Positions 11,862 through 24,815 of a stretch of DNA of 64,000 bases are shown piece after piece. The notes below the pieces were generated by a model. It was given only the letters and a program-made list of their open reading frames with translations, was not told where the DNA came from and did no database searches. The position numbers and the translations under genes are program-made. The stretch comes from Vicugna vicugna (lineage: Eukaryota). Position 1 is the stretch's first letter. Each line of letters starts with the position of its first letter. The stretch is from contig MU057744.1 in NCBI GenBank assembly GCA_013265495.1, forward strand, positions 1,440,356 to 1,504,355. Direction: 5' to 3'.

Positions 11862-14800
11862 CTGGGGTGGGAGAGGGGCCGAGCGCTGAGACGCCAGAAT
11901 AGAGGAGGCAGAAGAGGACGGCTTGGTTCTCGAGCTGTCTGGCACCTTCTCTCTCACTCTGCTCTCCTCTCTACTGGCCCCTTTCCTTCAGCACTGCCAG
12001 CCTTTGCAAGTGCGACCACCAAGGCCCTTTAAAGCAGCATTAAAGATCCATTACTGGAAGTCCGTCTGTCCCCGCAAAAGGTGTGCGAGGTGAGCAGGGT
12101 GCCCAGTCTCTGGCCGCAGGAGGACCCTGCGTGGGGAAGGCAGTCGTGCCCCAGCCCAGTTGCACTGACACCCTGCACCCATCAAGGGCCTCCTCGTCCT
12201 GCGGGTGAGCAGTGGAGTTAGACCAGACCACCTGACCCAGACGGTCAGGGCGAGAGAGGGCCTCGCTGAGATTAGGAGCCCGCCAGGCAAGGAGATAAAG
12301 CGGCAACTAGAAAGTGCTTCACACGCAGTCACTGTGCCGCAGCCCAGAGGACAGTCTTAGCACGTAAGCAGTGGGGCCGTGGCGGAAGGGCTGGCATTTG
12401 CTGTTAGTGTTTCTAAAAATGGTGCAATTTCAAGTCAGAAAACAACTACGTGTGTCCGAAATGAAGAACAGAGAAATGAGTTGTGAGCAAGAGGGCCGCA
12501 GCCCAGTAATCAGCATATTAAGTAGAACATTTTCTGATTCTGGGTCAGATATGTTTTAAAATTATTTTACAAGCAATTTCTCACATAATCTCACAAAGCT
12601 CCAATAAAGCAGCAGGGAAATTGCTCGCACCCTCATTTGTCCTGCAGGCCAGCTGAGGGCCTGCCTGGGTCACCCAACAACTGTCTCCATCTCTGGGACA
12701 AGGTCTACCTGCTCACCCAGGTTGGGAACCTGCTCATTTCTGCATCATTTACATCATCTCCCATTTCTGGGCGATAGCCCCCACTTCTTTCCAGGTATCA
12801 CACTTTTTCCCCTCCTTCCCTCTCTGTCCTCACCAGCACCCGTGCGGGGGCCTCGTTCTCGGTCAGCTGTCCAGAGTTCCCTCCGGAGGTTCTGCTTCCT
12901 GTCAGGCTCCTGCAGCCGCACGTCTGTTCAACACCACTTTCATTCCTCCCCACCATGTCATTTCCTGATGCCCTTGCGGTGCCTGGCGCCCAGCAGGTGC
13001 GGAATGAACCTGCGGTAAACAGGGTCCTGCACCATACACCTGAGCTCCACAGTCTGGCTTCCGGAGGTCTCCCCACATCTCCTGTCCCTGCTGGCCTCAC
13101 CGAGGCAGCCCCGGTGGGCTCGCCCCACGTGCTGCCCTTCGTCTCCCCTGACCCCCCCATCCCCACCAGCTCTCCCTCCTCATTCCTCAGAAGTGTGTCC
13201 CAGCGTGGGACCTCATCACAAATTGTCTTCCTGGGCACCCTGTTCCTTTGGCCTTAATCTTGTGACATCAACAAGATGCTAAGTCACTGGAGGGAGAGGA
13301 CTAACGTTCTCTCCTCCCAGATCCCTTATTTACTCGGAAGAGTGCCGTGGTGAATGCACAGCACGTTTCAACGAGCTCATCCAGACCAGGAGATTAGAAC
13401 CCAGGTCTCCAATTCTCTGTCCCCAAAGCCGCTGTTCTAGAAGTTGCAGCACTTACGTGTTTTCTACTTTTAGCCAGACGACACGACAGTTCAGTTAGTC
13501 AGGGAAAGTCAGAACGATGTCTTCTCTCTGGACACTCAAGGAAACTGGCTTGGCTTCAGTTGTTCTTAGAACCTTGTTTGACCGCATTTGGAAAAGGGGG
13601 TTATTCAGATTCAAAATCACTTCTTATACTTACAAGATGTTTGAGTTTTTTGTTTGTTTGTTTGTTTCTTTAAGAGACTGACAAATGGAAACATGTTCCT
13701 CCTTGGTCTGACTGTGAGTAAAAACCATCTCAATGTTAACGTTGGCCACCTTCTAGCTCTGAGCACCTGGAAGTCGAGGTGATCTGGTCTGGCTTTATTT
13801 TATCGTTCACGGTTTTCATTTCAGTCTGTATGGGATAATTTTAAATACTTGTGGAGTCACACAGTTCCAGACTTAGTCCCTTGGTGTATAAATAGAACAC
13901 TATCTGAACAATAATTTTAACTGCGTGACTAATCCAGCGGAGAGATGAGGCCACTCCTCGTTAGCCGAGCGGATTATTCGGCCACACTGTAGGGTGGGTG
14001 ACAGCTTCCCCACTGCCCTGCTGGCCATTTCCCTTTGCTTTCGCCCAGCTGCCTGCTGCCGGGCCTGGGCCCTTCTCCTGAAGGCCCCACTTCTGTTCCT
14101 CAGCTCACCCACGCCCGAGGCAGGAGGGTGTGCTGCTCTGCGCCTCCTCCAGCAGGATTCAGAACGAAGCCTGTGCGGTGGGGTCCTGAGTGACACCAGG
14201 GCCCCCGTGGGAAACCAGCCGGCTTCCTTCGGTAGTAACTCCTTCCTGGCCTCACCACGTTTCCTCCCAATGTTGAAAAGTTCCCCGCAGTGGGTTCTGG
14301 CTGCCCCCCCTCCCCCAGGCTGTGTTCTCTGCCCTCTGGACGAGATGTCTGGGACCGTAGTTAGAACCTAGTAAATCCCGGTTAGGGGCTGGAGCCAGGC
14401 CTCCCGTGGAAGAGGTCGCAGCCGACGACCGAGTGTTTGGGCTGCTCCTGCCCTGATGGCCAGACCTCTGTGCCTCCTCTGTCCCCGAGCTCCAGTGTCC
14501 CCTGGCCGCTGTGCCTTGTCAGGAGGGCCGGGCCTTAGGAGCTGCCTTCACGGGCTCTCTGTGCTTCCATGCGGCTGGAAGCAGGTCACGGAGCCTGGCG
14601 CCCCGTCCCAGCTGTGACAGGGGTGGGACTGAGCCTGCGAGGTGGGGCAGCGGTGACCGTTACCACGGCTGAGGACCAGTGGCTCGCCCGACACGCGTTG
14701 CTGCGGGTCGTGCGTTTCCCGCTTCATTCCCCCGGAGCACTCATGAGGGAGGGACGTCCCCCCCTTCACAACGGCAGGAGCAAGGTCAGTAGGTGAGGTG

Positions 14801-15349
14801 CTCTGCAGGGATTTATAACAGTATGTAGGGGGTGGAATTCGAATCCAGGGCCGCAGGAAGCCAAGCTCATACGCTTGTCTATTGACTGCTGACTTTCAAC
14901 AGGATTTTGGATTTTCTTTCTTCCCACAACTACCTTTTTTTTTTTAAGACTCAGGAGTTAAAGTGTGTGGGTCACATAAGCATGAGTTTGTCTCATTTGC
15001 CTCGTAACTTTGTCCAGCATAGTGCCTTTTTTTTTTTAACATTTCCGAAGCCCTGGCGCAGTGCTGTGCACGGTCGGCCCACAGGAGAGACAGACTGAAC
15101 GAGGCTGGAGCCACGTTCCACAAACACTGAGGTGGGAGAGACAGGAGATCCCAGCTCAGACTCTGCCCCAGAATCTGGTCCCACGGGCAAAACCACGGCC
15201 TCCGTGGACGCGGCCACGCCTGCACCTGCTGCCTGCAAATAGCGGTTCAGTGACCGCCCTCCCTAAGCGGACGTCCAGCGCTGTATAAACATTTTTAGCA
15301 CCAGTTCTCAGCTGCTACGTCCCTTGGTTTATCACTAGTTTCTTGAGGA

Positions 15350-16460
15350 AATAGCCCGTCTCCGTCCTCCAGCCGCGGGACGATGACTCAGGCCAGGGAT
15401 CGGGCCATTTCCGGGCAGGCGCTGGCCCCGGGCCCCGTCCTGTTAGAGAGGCGCTCCTTCCGCCTCCCGCGGCTGCCGCGAGCCCTCCTGGTCCGCTGCC
15501 CCTGCCCGCTCGTGCCTCTGCGGTTGCCGGAGTGACCGTAAAAACATTACTCCCCGTGCTCTGGGAACAAAACGTCCGTGCGCTTCACTGTCGTTTTCAT
15601 GGAACACCTTCAGTGTTTAATGTAACTGCAGCCTGGAAGAAATCCCCTTCCTGGCGGACGAGGCCCTTGGAAAAGCAGAGCCACAAGACCGGCGCGGGGG
15701 CCCCGGGGCCGCAGCGACACGAGGCTCGCGGGGAGGCCGCCGGCCGCGCTCCCGCGGGCGAAGGGGGCGCGGCGCTCGCTCTGCTCGGAGGTTCAGGGAA
15801 GCGCGGAGAAGCCTCGCGCGCCTGGTGCTGTCACGCGCTGCGGGGCGGCGGGTGCGCTGCTTGAGTGGCGCCCCCAGCCCCAAACTCACGTGCACCCGGA
15901 GCCTCGCGGTGTGACCTCGGCTGGAAATGGAACCTCTGCCGATGCAATTACTGAGGGGCCCCACGGGGGGGGTCACTCTGGGTTTGGGGCGGACTGTCGG
16001 TCCAGCTCTCACAAGGAGAGGGGAGCTCAGGCAGGCGCCCACGCAGAGGCCGCTGAAGGCCCGCGGGGCCGGCGATCCGCGCCGCGGGCACGGGCCACGG
16101 GGGCTGCAAGAGGCGGGGGGGGGGGGAGCGCGGCCCTCCTGCAGCCCTGATTCCGCGCCCCCGGCCTCCACAACTGCGAGAGAAGAAGCCTCCGCCGTTG
16201 AGACCCCCGGTTGGCGGCAGTGGGCCCTGGCGGCCTTAGACGCCAGGGCAGCGGGGAGTTTAGGGTCAGTGTTAGTGGCCCCGCTACTGCGCGGGCGGAG
16301 GGCGCGGCGCGGCCCCCCAGGCGGGCGGGAGGGTCAGCCTCTTACCGCGACGATGGTAAAGGAGGGCTCTCTTCTCAGCCTGTTTGGAAGAATTCTCCTC
16401 TTCGGCACATGTTTTTCCCTCTGCACTTGCAGCCGCTCAGCGATGCAGGCGTAGGAGGAA
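15350..16460. promoter_or_regulatory. CpG island about 13 kb upstream of RYR2
   Basis: Dense CpG, an AP-1 TGACTCA near 15385 and G-runs; no gene assigned. Confidence 0.6.
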
Positions 16461-16892
16461 GAAAAGCAACTGGGAGTTTGGACTGACTGGCTGAAGAGGG
16501 GCCGAGACTCCTGCTGGGGAGAGGACTGTCTGGGTTGTGCAGATGAGGGCTCCAGAGCTAGGTCTGGATCAAAAACGTCTTCTTAAAAAGAAGTTAAGTC
16601 GCTTGGCATGAGGATGCGAGAAGACCCCGGAGTCCTTTCACAGTCGGCCCGAGGAAAGCAAGAGAGGGGATCTTGGATAAACAGAAGGGGGCGTAGAAGA
16701 ATGTCACGGGAGAGCGAGTAGGAAAGAGGGAGGGACGGAGAGACAAGCTTGGGTTTAAATCACCATCTTGCTGTCTGTTTTCTGTTTGTCTCATTTTTCC
16801 TTTGCTTCTGTCTTCCTCTTTTATGCCTTCCTTTAGATTAATTTTGATTATTGTATTTTCTTTCTTTTTTTGCTTGTTAGTTATGCCTCCAC

Positions 16893-16931
<39 letters not shown>

Positions 16932-16943
16932 TATTTATTTATT
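16893..16943. repeat. (TTA)n microsatellite grading into (TTTA)n, within an old L1 remnant
   Basis: Read directly. Confidence 0.9.
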
Positions 16944-18384
16944 TGTGTGTGTGTGCTTGCTCTAGAAGTGAAAAGGTATCTCTTTAACACACCTCAGATC
17001 AAACCTTCAGACGGTATCCTAGCACCTCATACTCAGAAGGACCTTGGAAGAGAACACTTCCATTTCCCCCACTCACTGTCTATGGTCATCAGATGTCTCA
17101 CGTAACATTATAACATGTTGTAAACGCCGCAATACCTTGCCCTTAGTTTTGCTTTAAGTAGTCAACTATCATGTAAAGAAATTGAAAAATGAGAAAAATA
17201 AGAAAAAAATGTTTCTTATTACACAAAAAAACAGATCACATCACTTCCTTGCTTGAAACCTTTCAGCAGTTTCTGGTCACACTGGGAATTACACGCAAAC
17301 TCAACCTGTCCCACAACTTAAATCTAGTTGGAGGGAGGGGACGTTGCAGCATCTAGTTCCACGCCCGTTTCAAGCACCGTTCTCAAGAAATGGTGGCTGG
17401 TTTCATTATTAACTTGCTTTCTCCCAGTGGAATTTACATACCCAAAAGAGGAGTAATTACCCTAAATGTGTGCCTCCCCCCAAAATCCTTACTTCCTTCT
17501 CTTTCTTCTTTTCTGCTCTCTTCCCCTCTTTGCTGTGGCCTTTCAGGAAAACACAGACAAAGAAACAACCATCCACACAGAAACCACTCTACTACCTGTC
17601 TGTGCAGGATTTTTGTGGGAGAATACATATGACCTTTCAGACTTGTGATGTTCCTCTCACAACTGTCTTGTGTTTTTGATAAGGTGTTTTGAAAAAGGCA
17701 GAGATTTTCTGCAAGTCATTTGCCCCCCCCCCTTTTTTTTAAAGGCTGCTCTCTTCAGGGTCAGGGCTCCGTTTTCAGGTGGGAGGGACTGGCGGTTCCC
17801 TCCTTCAGAACCTGAATTTAATTGTCCTGTGACTGCTACTGGGCAGAGCCATCAGCACACGTCTCTCTTACCAGTTCAGTGAACAGCCCAGTATCTTCCC
17901 TTTCCTCGTGACTCTAAAATGACGGCTTCTTATCCAAAACTGTGTCTCCGTCTGCTCCAGGCGAGGCAGCCACCAGTCCACGTGTGGTGATTGCAGTTGT
18001 GCGTTGGCACTGACTGACCTAGTCTGACATCTCCGCGGGGCTGCTAGCCCTCCCGGCTCAGTCCGCAGGCCGCACTGCTGGGCGTGGCACTGCCCCTCGT
18101 GGTCTCCCTCTCTGTCCCACTGAGGAAGAGCACAGACGTCCTCGACCTACATGACCTGCTCTTCCTTCTGAACAGCCCCCATACTACCCATTCCAGGAAG
18201 TGATTTGTTCCCTTCGTGGCTCATTCATTCCCTCTGTCACTCAGCATCCACTGACCCCTGCCGACGTGTCAGGCACTGGGAACTGGGATGCTCTGAGTCC
18301 AGTGAACTAGGTCAGTCCCAACAACCTGTTGGCCTTTTGGCGGGTTATGATGGATGTTCAAACTTGGTTCTGCCTGTTCTAATT

Positions 18385-18521
18385 TTAATACCAACTTTTC
18401 TTTTTATTATTATTTTTTGGAGGGGGTTATAATTAGATTTATTCAATGGAGGGACTGGAGATTGACCCCAGGACCTTGTGCATACTAAACACGTGCTCTA
18501 CCACTGAGCTACGCCCTCCCC
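18385..18521 (-). mobile_element. tRNA-derived SINE, camelid Vic-1-like
   Basis: Minus strand reads ggggagggcgtagctcagtggtagagcac...ggtcctggggtcaatctccag (A box and B box), then an A-rich tail. TSD ctgcctgttctaatt (18370-18384) / ctgcctgttgtaatt (18522-18536). Confidence 0.88.
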
Positions 18522-19784
18522 CTGCCTGTTGTAATTATGAGAACTGGATGCAAAGCTCGGGCCAGGCCATGTCTCTCTCTCAATGGATGATGCCACATGG
18601 TAACGATGCTCCTGCGCGGTGGTTCTGCGGCCCTCACGTCAGCCTGTAGACCTGTCCTGTTCAGTCTGCTTGGACCCCTGGTTTCCACTGCTCTCCGTCC
18701 CCTGGGCCTGTGGCTACTTCATCAGCACATTTTACTAAACATCAGACACACCCTTCTCCCAGAAGCCCAGCTGGAGCTCACACAGTGTGTGGAGCCAGCG
18801 TTCCTCACGCCATCTCAGGCTCTCTACGAAGAGGCTTCAGTTCTGCACCGTTGTTCCACAACCTGCCCCCTTGGTCCTCTCTGGTCTCCCTCTCTCTTTA
18901 GACTGAGCCCCCAGGGCTTTCATCTTTCTCTCCTATTTTCTGTCTCTGTCTTTTTGTTCTGCCTCTAGGAACTCTTTTCAGTTTTCACTTACAAAGATTC
19001 TATTGCAGCTTTTACCTTGGTTACCATTTTGAATTTCTAGAACTCTTGCTTGCCATCTCGTGACTCCTTTTTCACAGAATCCTGTTCTTGTTTCAGGGGC
19101 ACAACCTCTTACCATTTCTGCGGTGAGAGTCATTGTTGCCTTTGTCATTGTGTAGCCTAATTCTGCACCCTGTTTTTTCTTTCTTGAAGTCCTTTTTTTT
19201 TAAAAAAAAATCCTGTTTATTCTAGTTTCTCTTTCTCATGTTAGTGGCTTTCCTAAAAGATTCGCTTATCACAAGCTTTGAATTCCTACTTAGGACCAAA
19301 GTCTAGGGTAAGTTAGGGGTCAAACTCAAACTTCTGTAACACAGAGGCCCTCGAATGTGTCTCTCTCTGAGGCAGACTGGAAGTGAGTGGTTCCAGTTGC
19401 GGGCAGCCCTTCTCTACGAGGTGTTAGGGTCCAGCCAAAGGAGAGCGTGGCAGTCAGTCAGCCCACCCAGCACCTGGGGCGCCCCAGCAGAGAGGAGCTG
19501 GAGAACAGAGGGGCCAGAAAGAGCAAGGGGTCTCAGTGGAGGAGAGAGGGGAGAGGGAGCAGGGCTGGTGGCAGCTGGGAGCACGGGCAGGAGACGGTCA
19601 GACATCCCATGGGAGGCTCACAGGGCAGCGCTTCCAGCCCCCGGGGAGCCTAACAGAGGTGAGGCTCAGCATCAGTCCCAGGAGGACACGGGGTCAGAAC
19701 AGGACTCAGAGCAGGGCCCGGGGTGTTGGGCCCAGAACGACCTTGAACCTTACTGCCTGCAGGTGATGCTCTTGTCTCAGGCTC

Positions 19785-20126
19785 TGCGATGGACTGAACG
19801 GTTGTGTCCTCTCCAAATCCGTATGCTGAAACCCCAGCCCTCAACATGATGGTGTTAGGAGCAGGGGCCTTTGGGAGGTGATTAGGTCATGAGGGTGGTG
19901 CCCCCATGGGTGGGGTTAGTGCCCTTTAAGGAGACCCCAGAGAACTCCCTTGCTCCTTCCCGCTGTGTGAAGACGCAGTGAGAAGAGGGCAGTCTGCAAA
20001 CCAGGAGGAGGGCCCTCAGAGATACCGGGTTTGCTGGTGCCTTGATCTTGGACCTCCAGCCTCCAGAATTGGGAGAAATAAACACTTTTTGTTAAAGGTG
20101 CTCGGCCGCCTGAACTGACTGAGACA
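19785..20126 (+). mobile_element. MLT1A-like (ERVL-MaLR) solo LTR
   Basis: TG...CA termini, typical MLT1 body, AATAAA, and a 5-bp TSD GGCTC (19780-19784 / 20127-20131). Confidence 0.9.
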
Positions 20127-21059
20127 GGCTCAGGCTCAGGCTCAGGCTCAGGCTGATGAGGGAAGCAGGGAAGGGGCCCGGCGTCTGTGTGGGGCTAACT
20201 GACAGCTTAGGGGGCTGTGGTTCCCTAAGTAATAGGTCGTTGTTGCTGCTGCATTGACTTTCGATGTTTGGAAACAAGGATTCTTTTTTTCTATCCAAAG
20301 ATATTTTATACTGAACAGATTAAGATTGATGAGCAAATAATTTAAATGCATTATAAGGATATGCAAATTGGATTAGTAGAGACTGGAAAAGAAATTAAAA
20401 AATGAAGCCAGAGGAAGAAGACTGGCCATTTTTTCACATGCTTTATTAAGAACAAAAGAGTAATTTCCGTATACGGGGAGAGAAAAAACGTAAAATGAAA
20501 ACTAATTGACTAAGCAAAATACTTTCTAGGACATGGAATATAAACGCGAGTCTTACAGGAGCGAAAGTGGGGCAGCGCAGCGGGAGAAACGTGAGGGCTG
20601 CTGAGAGGCGGCAGGTAACGTGAGAAAACTGAGGCAGGGTTCCCGGGGAAAACTGAAAGACTCAATATCTTAGTAATGAGATATGGAAAGGAAAGTCTTT
20701 TTACTTATGAGGTAAATTTTAAATGATACCTGCAGGACAGAGACGCTAAAAAGCTCTCTACTTATCTCTCCATCCGTCTGTGTATCTACATTGGAACAGC
20801 ACTGTGTGTTTTTACTTTGAGGGTATAAATTGATTCTAAAGTAAAGAAAATCATCTGAGTCATTTGTATCCACAGTCCTGGTTATTTACAGCTTGAGGTA
20901 CGAAGCAAGCATCGATTCCATTTCAGAGACTTTGTGGAGCCGAAGTTTGGACATTAACAAAACTGATGTTGCACATTTATGAAAAGAATAATCTAGATGT
21001 CGTTAGACTGATAAACATAACCTCCGTATCTGGAAAGAGGCTGGAAGAAAATAATTGGG

Positions 21060-21221
21060 TACCTATTTTATAAATATTTTACCAAGAACAGTAGTAAACA
21101 GCATGGCTTCACAAAGAACAGATCCTGTCAAACTAATCTCCTCCTATGACAGACGGACAAGTCTGCTGGGTTGAGGGAAGGAATAGAGATTAGCTATCGG
21201 GACTTCAGCAAGGGTTTTGAT
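21060..21221 (+). mobile_element. CR1/L3 reverse-transcriptase fossil
   Basis: Translates QHGFTKNRSCQTNL (21099-21140) and DFSKGFD (21201-21221), matching CR1-type RT motifs; there is a stop between them. Confidence 0.85.
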
Positions 21222-21229
21222 CTCTGCTT

Positions 21230-22080
21230 GGGAAGCAAGTAAATCAGATAGTTTCAGGTAGTGATAAACAGTTGAAAAGGAGAGAAAGCCGAGGAATGAG
21301 GAGCAGAGTGGTGGGTGAAACCCAGCGTCGGAGACGTGGTGGTCAGGGAGGGCGCCTGGGGGACGGTGCTTCAGCTGAGATCTGAACAGTGACAAGGAGA
21401 CAAGCGTGTGTCCATCCAGGGGACAGTGCCCACGGAGGGCTAGTGGGTGACCTTGGCCTGTTCCATGGGTGGAGAGAAGGCCAGTGGGGTGGGACTGCAG
21501 TGAACAAAGTGCATGCCGCGAGGAGTCAGGAAGGATGGAGATGCCGGACCTCGAGGGTATGTGACAGAGGGTGAAGGCAGTGGGAAGAGGGCTGAGGACT
21601 TGGGACAGGGGACGATGTGGTCTGACTACGTCTGTAAAAGGTTCTGGGGCTGAGTGAGCCAGAGGGCAAGCAGAGAGAGGTGCTGGGTAGAGCGGAGGGT
21701 GGGGCTCGGCCGGGGATGCGGGCCATGGGCACAGTTAGGAGCGCCAGATTTGGAATCTCCTTACAGGGAGGACTTGGCAATGGATGAGATGTAGGGAGTG
21801 AGAAGAGAGAGTTGATCTGAGGGTGATTCCCCGGGTCTTTGATCTGACCAACTATGCACCGTAACCAGAGATGCCAGAAGACTCAAGAAGGAGGAGTCCG
21901 GGGAAGAAATTGGGAGTTGTCAGCTCTGTGTGGGATACGTCAAATTTGACTCCCTCCTGTCCCTCCATATGGAGGGCTCAGTACGTGGTTGGATGTAACT
22001 CCAGACTTTAGGTGGGGAGCTTGGCATTGGAGACGAACCAGAAGTCACGGCACAGAGGTGATAATGAGATGACCTCACTG
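21230..22080 (-). mobile_element. L2 fragment
   Basis: Purine-rich antisense L2 motifs (ggtggtcagggagggc...gctgagatctgaa; ggatgagatgtagggagtgagaagaga). Confidence 0.75.
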
Positions 22081-22244
22081 AGATCTCTATTTGGCGATTA
22101 AGAAAATGATGTCCTGACTTGATGACATAAAATTTCTTTCTTTCCTTAAGGGATGGTAGGCATTCTTGAGACCATCCTCTTAACCATAAAATTGTAAAAT
22201 TATGCACATATATAATAGGAAAAGTCAGTTGTACTGAGCTTGAG

Positions 22245-22740
22245 GCCAAATCTGCTGGTTGCCTGCCCAATGTTCACGTTCATCTTCTCTCTTACCAACA
22301 GAGCCCTGATTTTGCTGAGGGCTGCAATGTAACCAGCTAAAAGCTGGATTTCATAGCCTCTCATATAAAGAGAGGTGACTAAATTCTGGCCAATGAGACA
22401 AGTGAAAGTGATTTGTGGGGATTCCAGGAAAGCTTCTTAAATGGTAGATTAACTCATATGGCTTTTGTCCTGCTGTACACCCTCATTCCCATCTGGAACT
22501 TGGAACTGATGGCTGGTACTGAGCAGCCATTTTGCAAAATGAGACTTGATTTCATGAACTAAGGATGGTGGAGCTGAAAGATGGAAGGAGGATGGCGCAT
22601 TAATAATATCACAGGGCCACGGCACGACTTTTGGACTGCCTAATTTTAGCCAATGTTACACAAGGGAAATGATCCCCTATGTTGCTTAAGATCCTACTTT
22701 TTAGGCCTTTATTACTTGCAACCAAAAAAAAAAAATTCTA
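22245..22740 (+). mobile_element. LTR33/LTR16-like ERVL LTR
   Basis: Contains aacagagccctgatttt, ccagctaaaag, tgactaaattctggccaatgaga and gcagccattttg, all typical of this group. Confidence 0.7.
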
Positions 22741-22974
22741 AAAGATAATGAGATGTTGATGGGAAAGTTAGTGCATTTGTGTCCCAGATGAGAACTTCCC
22801 AAAGAGACTCTTCATGTTAGAAATAAGCATGGAAAAATTAGAAAAATCCTTATTTTTGAAGTTGTTGCACTAAACATAACATCTGATTGATTTTATTTTA
22901 GAAGACATAAATAATTTTAGTTTTAAATGTAGCAGTTCTGAATTTAAATTACATACACAGGCACATGCAGTTGG

Positions 22975-23185
22975 AGGGTGTCCATGTCCCAGGCATCGTG
23001 CTTGGGAAGTTATATTCGTTGTCCCATTGAATGTTCACAGCAGTCTTGTGAGGAATTATTATTATCCTCATCTCACACATGGAAAAATAGAGGTTTAGAC
23101 AATCAGATAACTTCATAGTAGGTGGTGAAGAGGGAACTGGAAGTGAGTTTTTCAGCTTCAAAGCCCACATTTATGACCACTACCT
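22975..23185 (-). mobile_element. MIR
   Basis: ccaggcatcgtgct...gtgaggaattattattatcctcatctcacacatggaaaaatagaggtttaga corresponds to the MIR core. Confidence 0.75.
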
Positions 23186-23559
23186 TGTCCTGTTTCCTGG
23201 GACGAGACCGGATAAGCACAGGTCTGTGTGTTTTAGCCATTTACCAAGGGTGGTATGACGATGAAGAAGTATGATCTGTCAAGTTTTACCTCCTGGAAAA
23301 AATCAGCAGACCAAGAGACTTTATACTCGCAAGAGTCCCAACATCCAGGAATTCAGAATGTGCAGAGCGTGGAGGCCCACGCTAGCTGTTAAAACGGGCG
23401 GCCGCCTGGCCTCGTTCAAACCAGACTGGCACACTGGAAAGGAGTGATGGGCGTTCCTGCCGGGAGGGGGGCAGGATGCGTGCTGTGTCCCTGCCGCCCT
23501 GCCCTCCCTGCCCGCCACCCTCCTGCCGCCCTCCCAGCGTGCCACCTGAGCTCAAAGCT

Positions 23560-23901
23560 CTTGCAGGTCCCGGCCCCTCTGCGTGGGGGGCTCTTCCTCG
23601 AGGTGGCCGTGAGCCTCACCCTGTCACTTGATTCAAGTCACTGCTGCCCGGAGGCTTCACTGGAGATGCTGTCCTTGACCATTTTGTCTACAAAACGGTC
23701 CCTTCTGTTACTCTCTGTTCCCGTATCCTGCTTTATATTTCTTCATAGCCCCGAAAGCACCTGATGTGTATATTTGTCTGTATGTGTCTACCTCCGCCCC
23801 TAGAATATGCCCCATGGACATGGGGCCTGTGCTTTCTTCACTAGGGCAAGGCCTGGTACATAGCAGGTGCTCAGGAAATGTTTGATGAATGAATGAATGA
23901 A
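23560..23901 (+). mobile_element. L2 3' end
   Basis: gcctggtacatagcaggtgctcaggaaatgtttg followed by a (TGAA)n tail. Confidence 0.85.
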
Positions 23902-24815
23902 GAGTGAGCGCCAAGAACCTGCTCATGTCTTATGCTGTTACATACAAACCTGGAAGATACTAGACGGACTCCATATTCCCAGAGGTGTTGTGAGCAGTCA
24001 GTGGACAATCTCCAGGTAGGGCACGTGATAGGAAGAACGGTGTCTTAAAATGGAATCTTCCTAAAAGGGAAATGAAACTAGAAAGCTATGTGCAAAGGGG
24101 CAGCAGTGACCAACAGCCTTTAACCAAAGATGGAAGAGGTTGGTTCTTAACTGCTCCGTGTGAAGAACAAGCGTGACAAAAAGGGGACACCTTGTCTCTG
24201 CCTCTAGGTGGCGGTTCGTGCATTTGGGGGATACCATCCTTAGACGCATAGCTGCCATCCCAGGCAATATAGGATGAAAGGCCGTGATTCACAGGAGAGA
24301 GTTACAGCGTCTGGCCAGAGTAACCCAAAGCCCAGAGGTGGGTTTTGAATTGCTCCTTGGGAGATGGAACAGACTTTAATAGGGTTATGTGGTGCTAGGC
24401 AGAAGAAACATCAGAAGAAAAGGCAGGGTTGGTTAATGCGTACATTTTATCTGGGGAACAGTAGCTTGGTTTGGGGCCAGAACACGGGAGTACTCGGAAT
24501 TAAAAATCGAAAAGGTTTGTAGGAGGTTCTATCTCAGTGGGCCTCCAAAGCCAGGCTGAGGGGTTTAAATGCAATATGGTAGGTGTCTGGGAGCCATTCT
24601 TCAATGACTCCAATTCTTACTGAACGGGGAAGTTACAAGATGGAAACATTGTTGTAGGGGGTTGTGCTGGTGGGAGCTGGAAGATGACTCACAGTGGCAA
24701 AGGACTAAAACCAGGAAGATTGGTTACAAAGTCAGTGAAATAATTTGGGATATAAAGAACCAGGAGGACGTCTTTTTACCCAGAAGAAGACACTGATGTT
24801 GGGTGGTGACGGCAA

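Noticed and set aside
18445..18521. Possible tRNA gene
   Set aside because: It is the SINE head: degenerate B box, A-rich tail and TSD.
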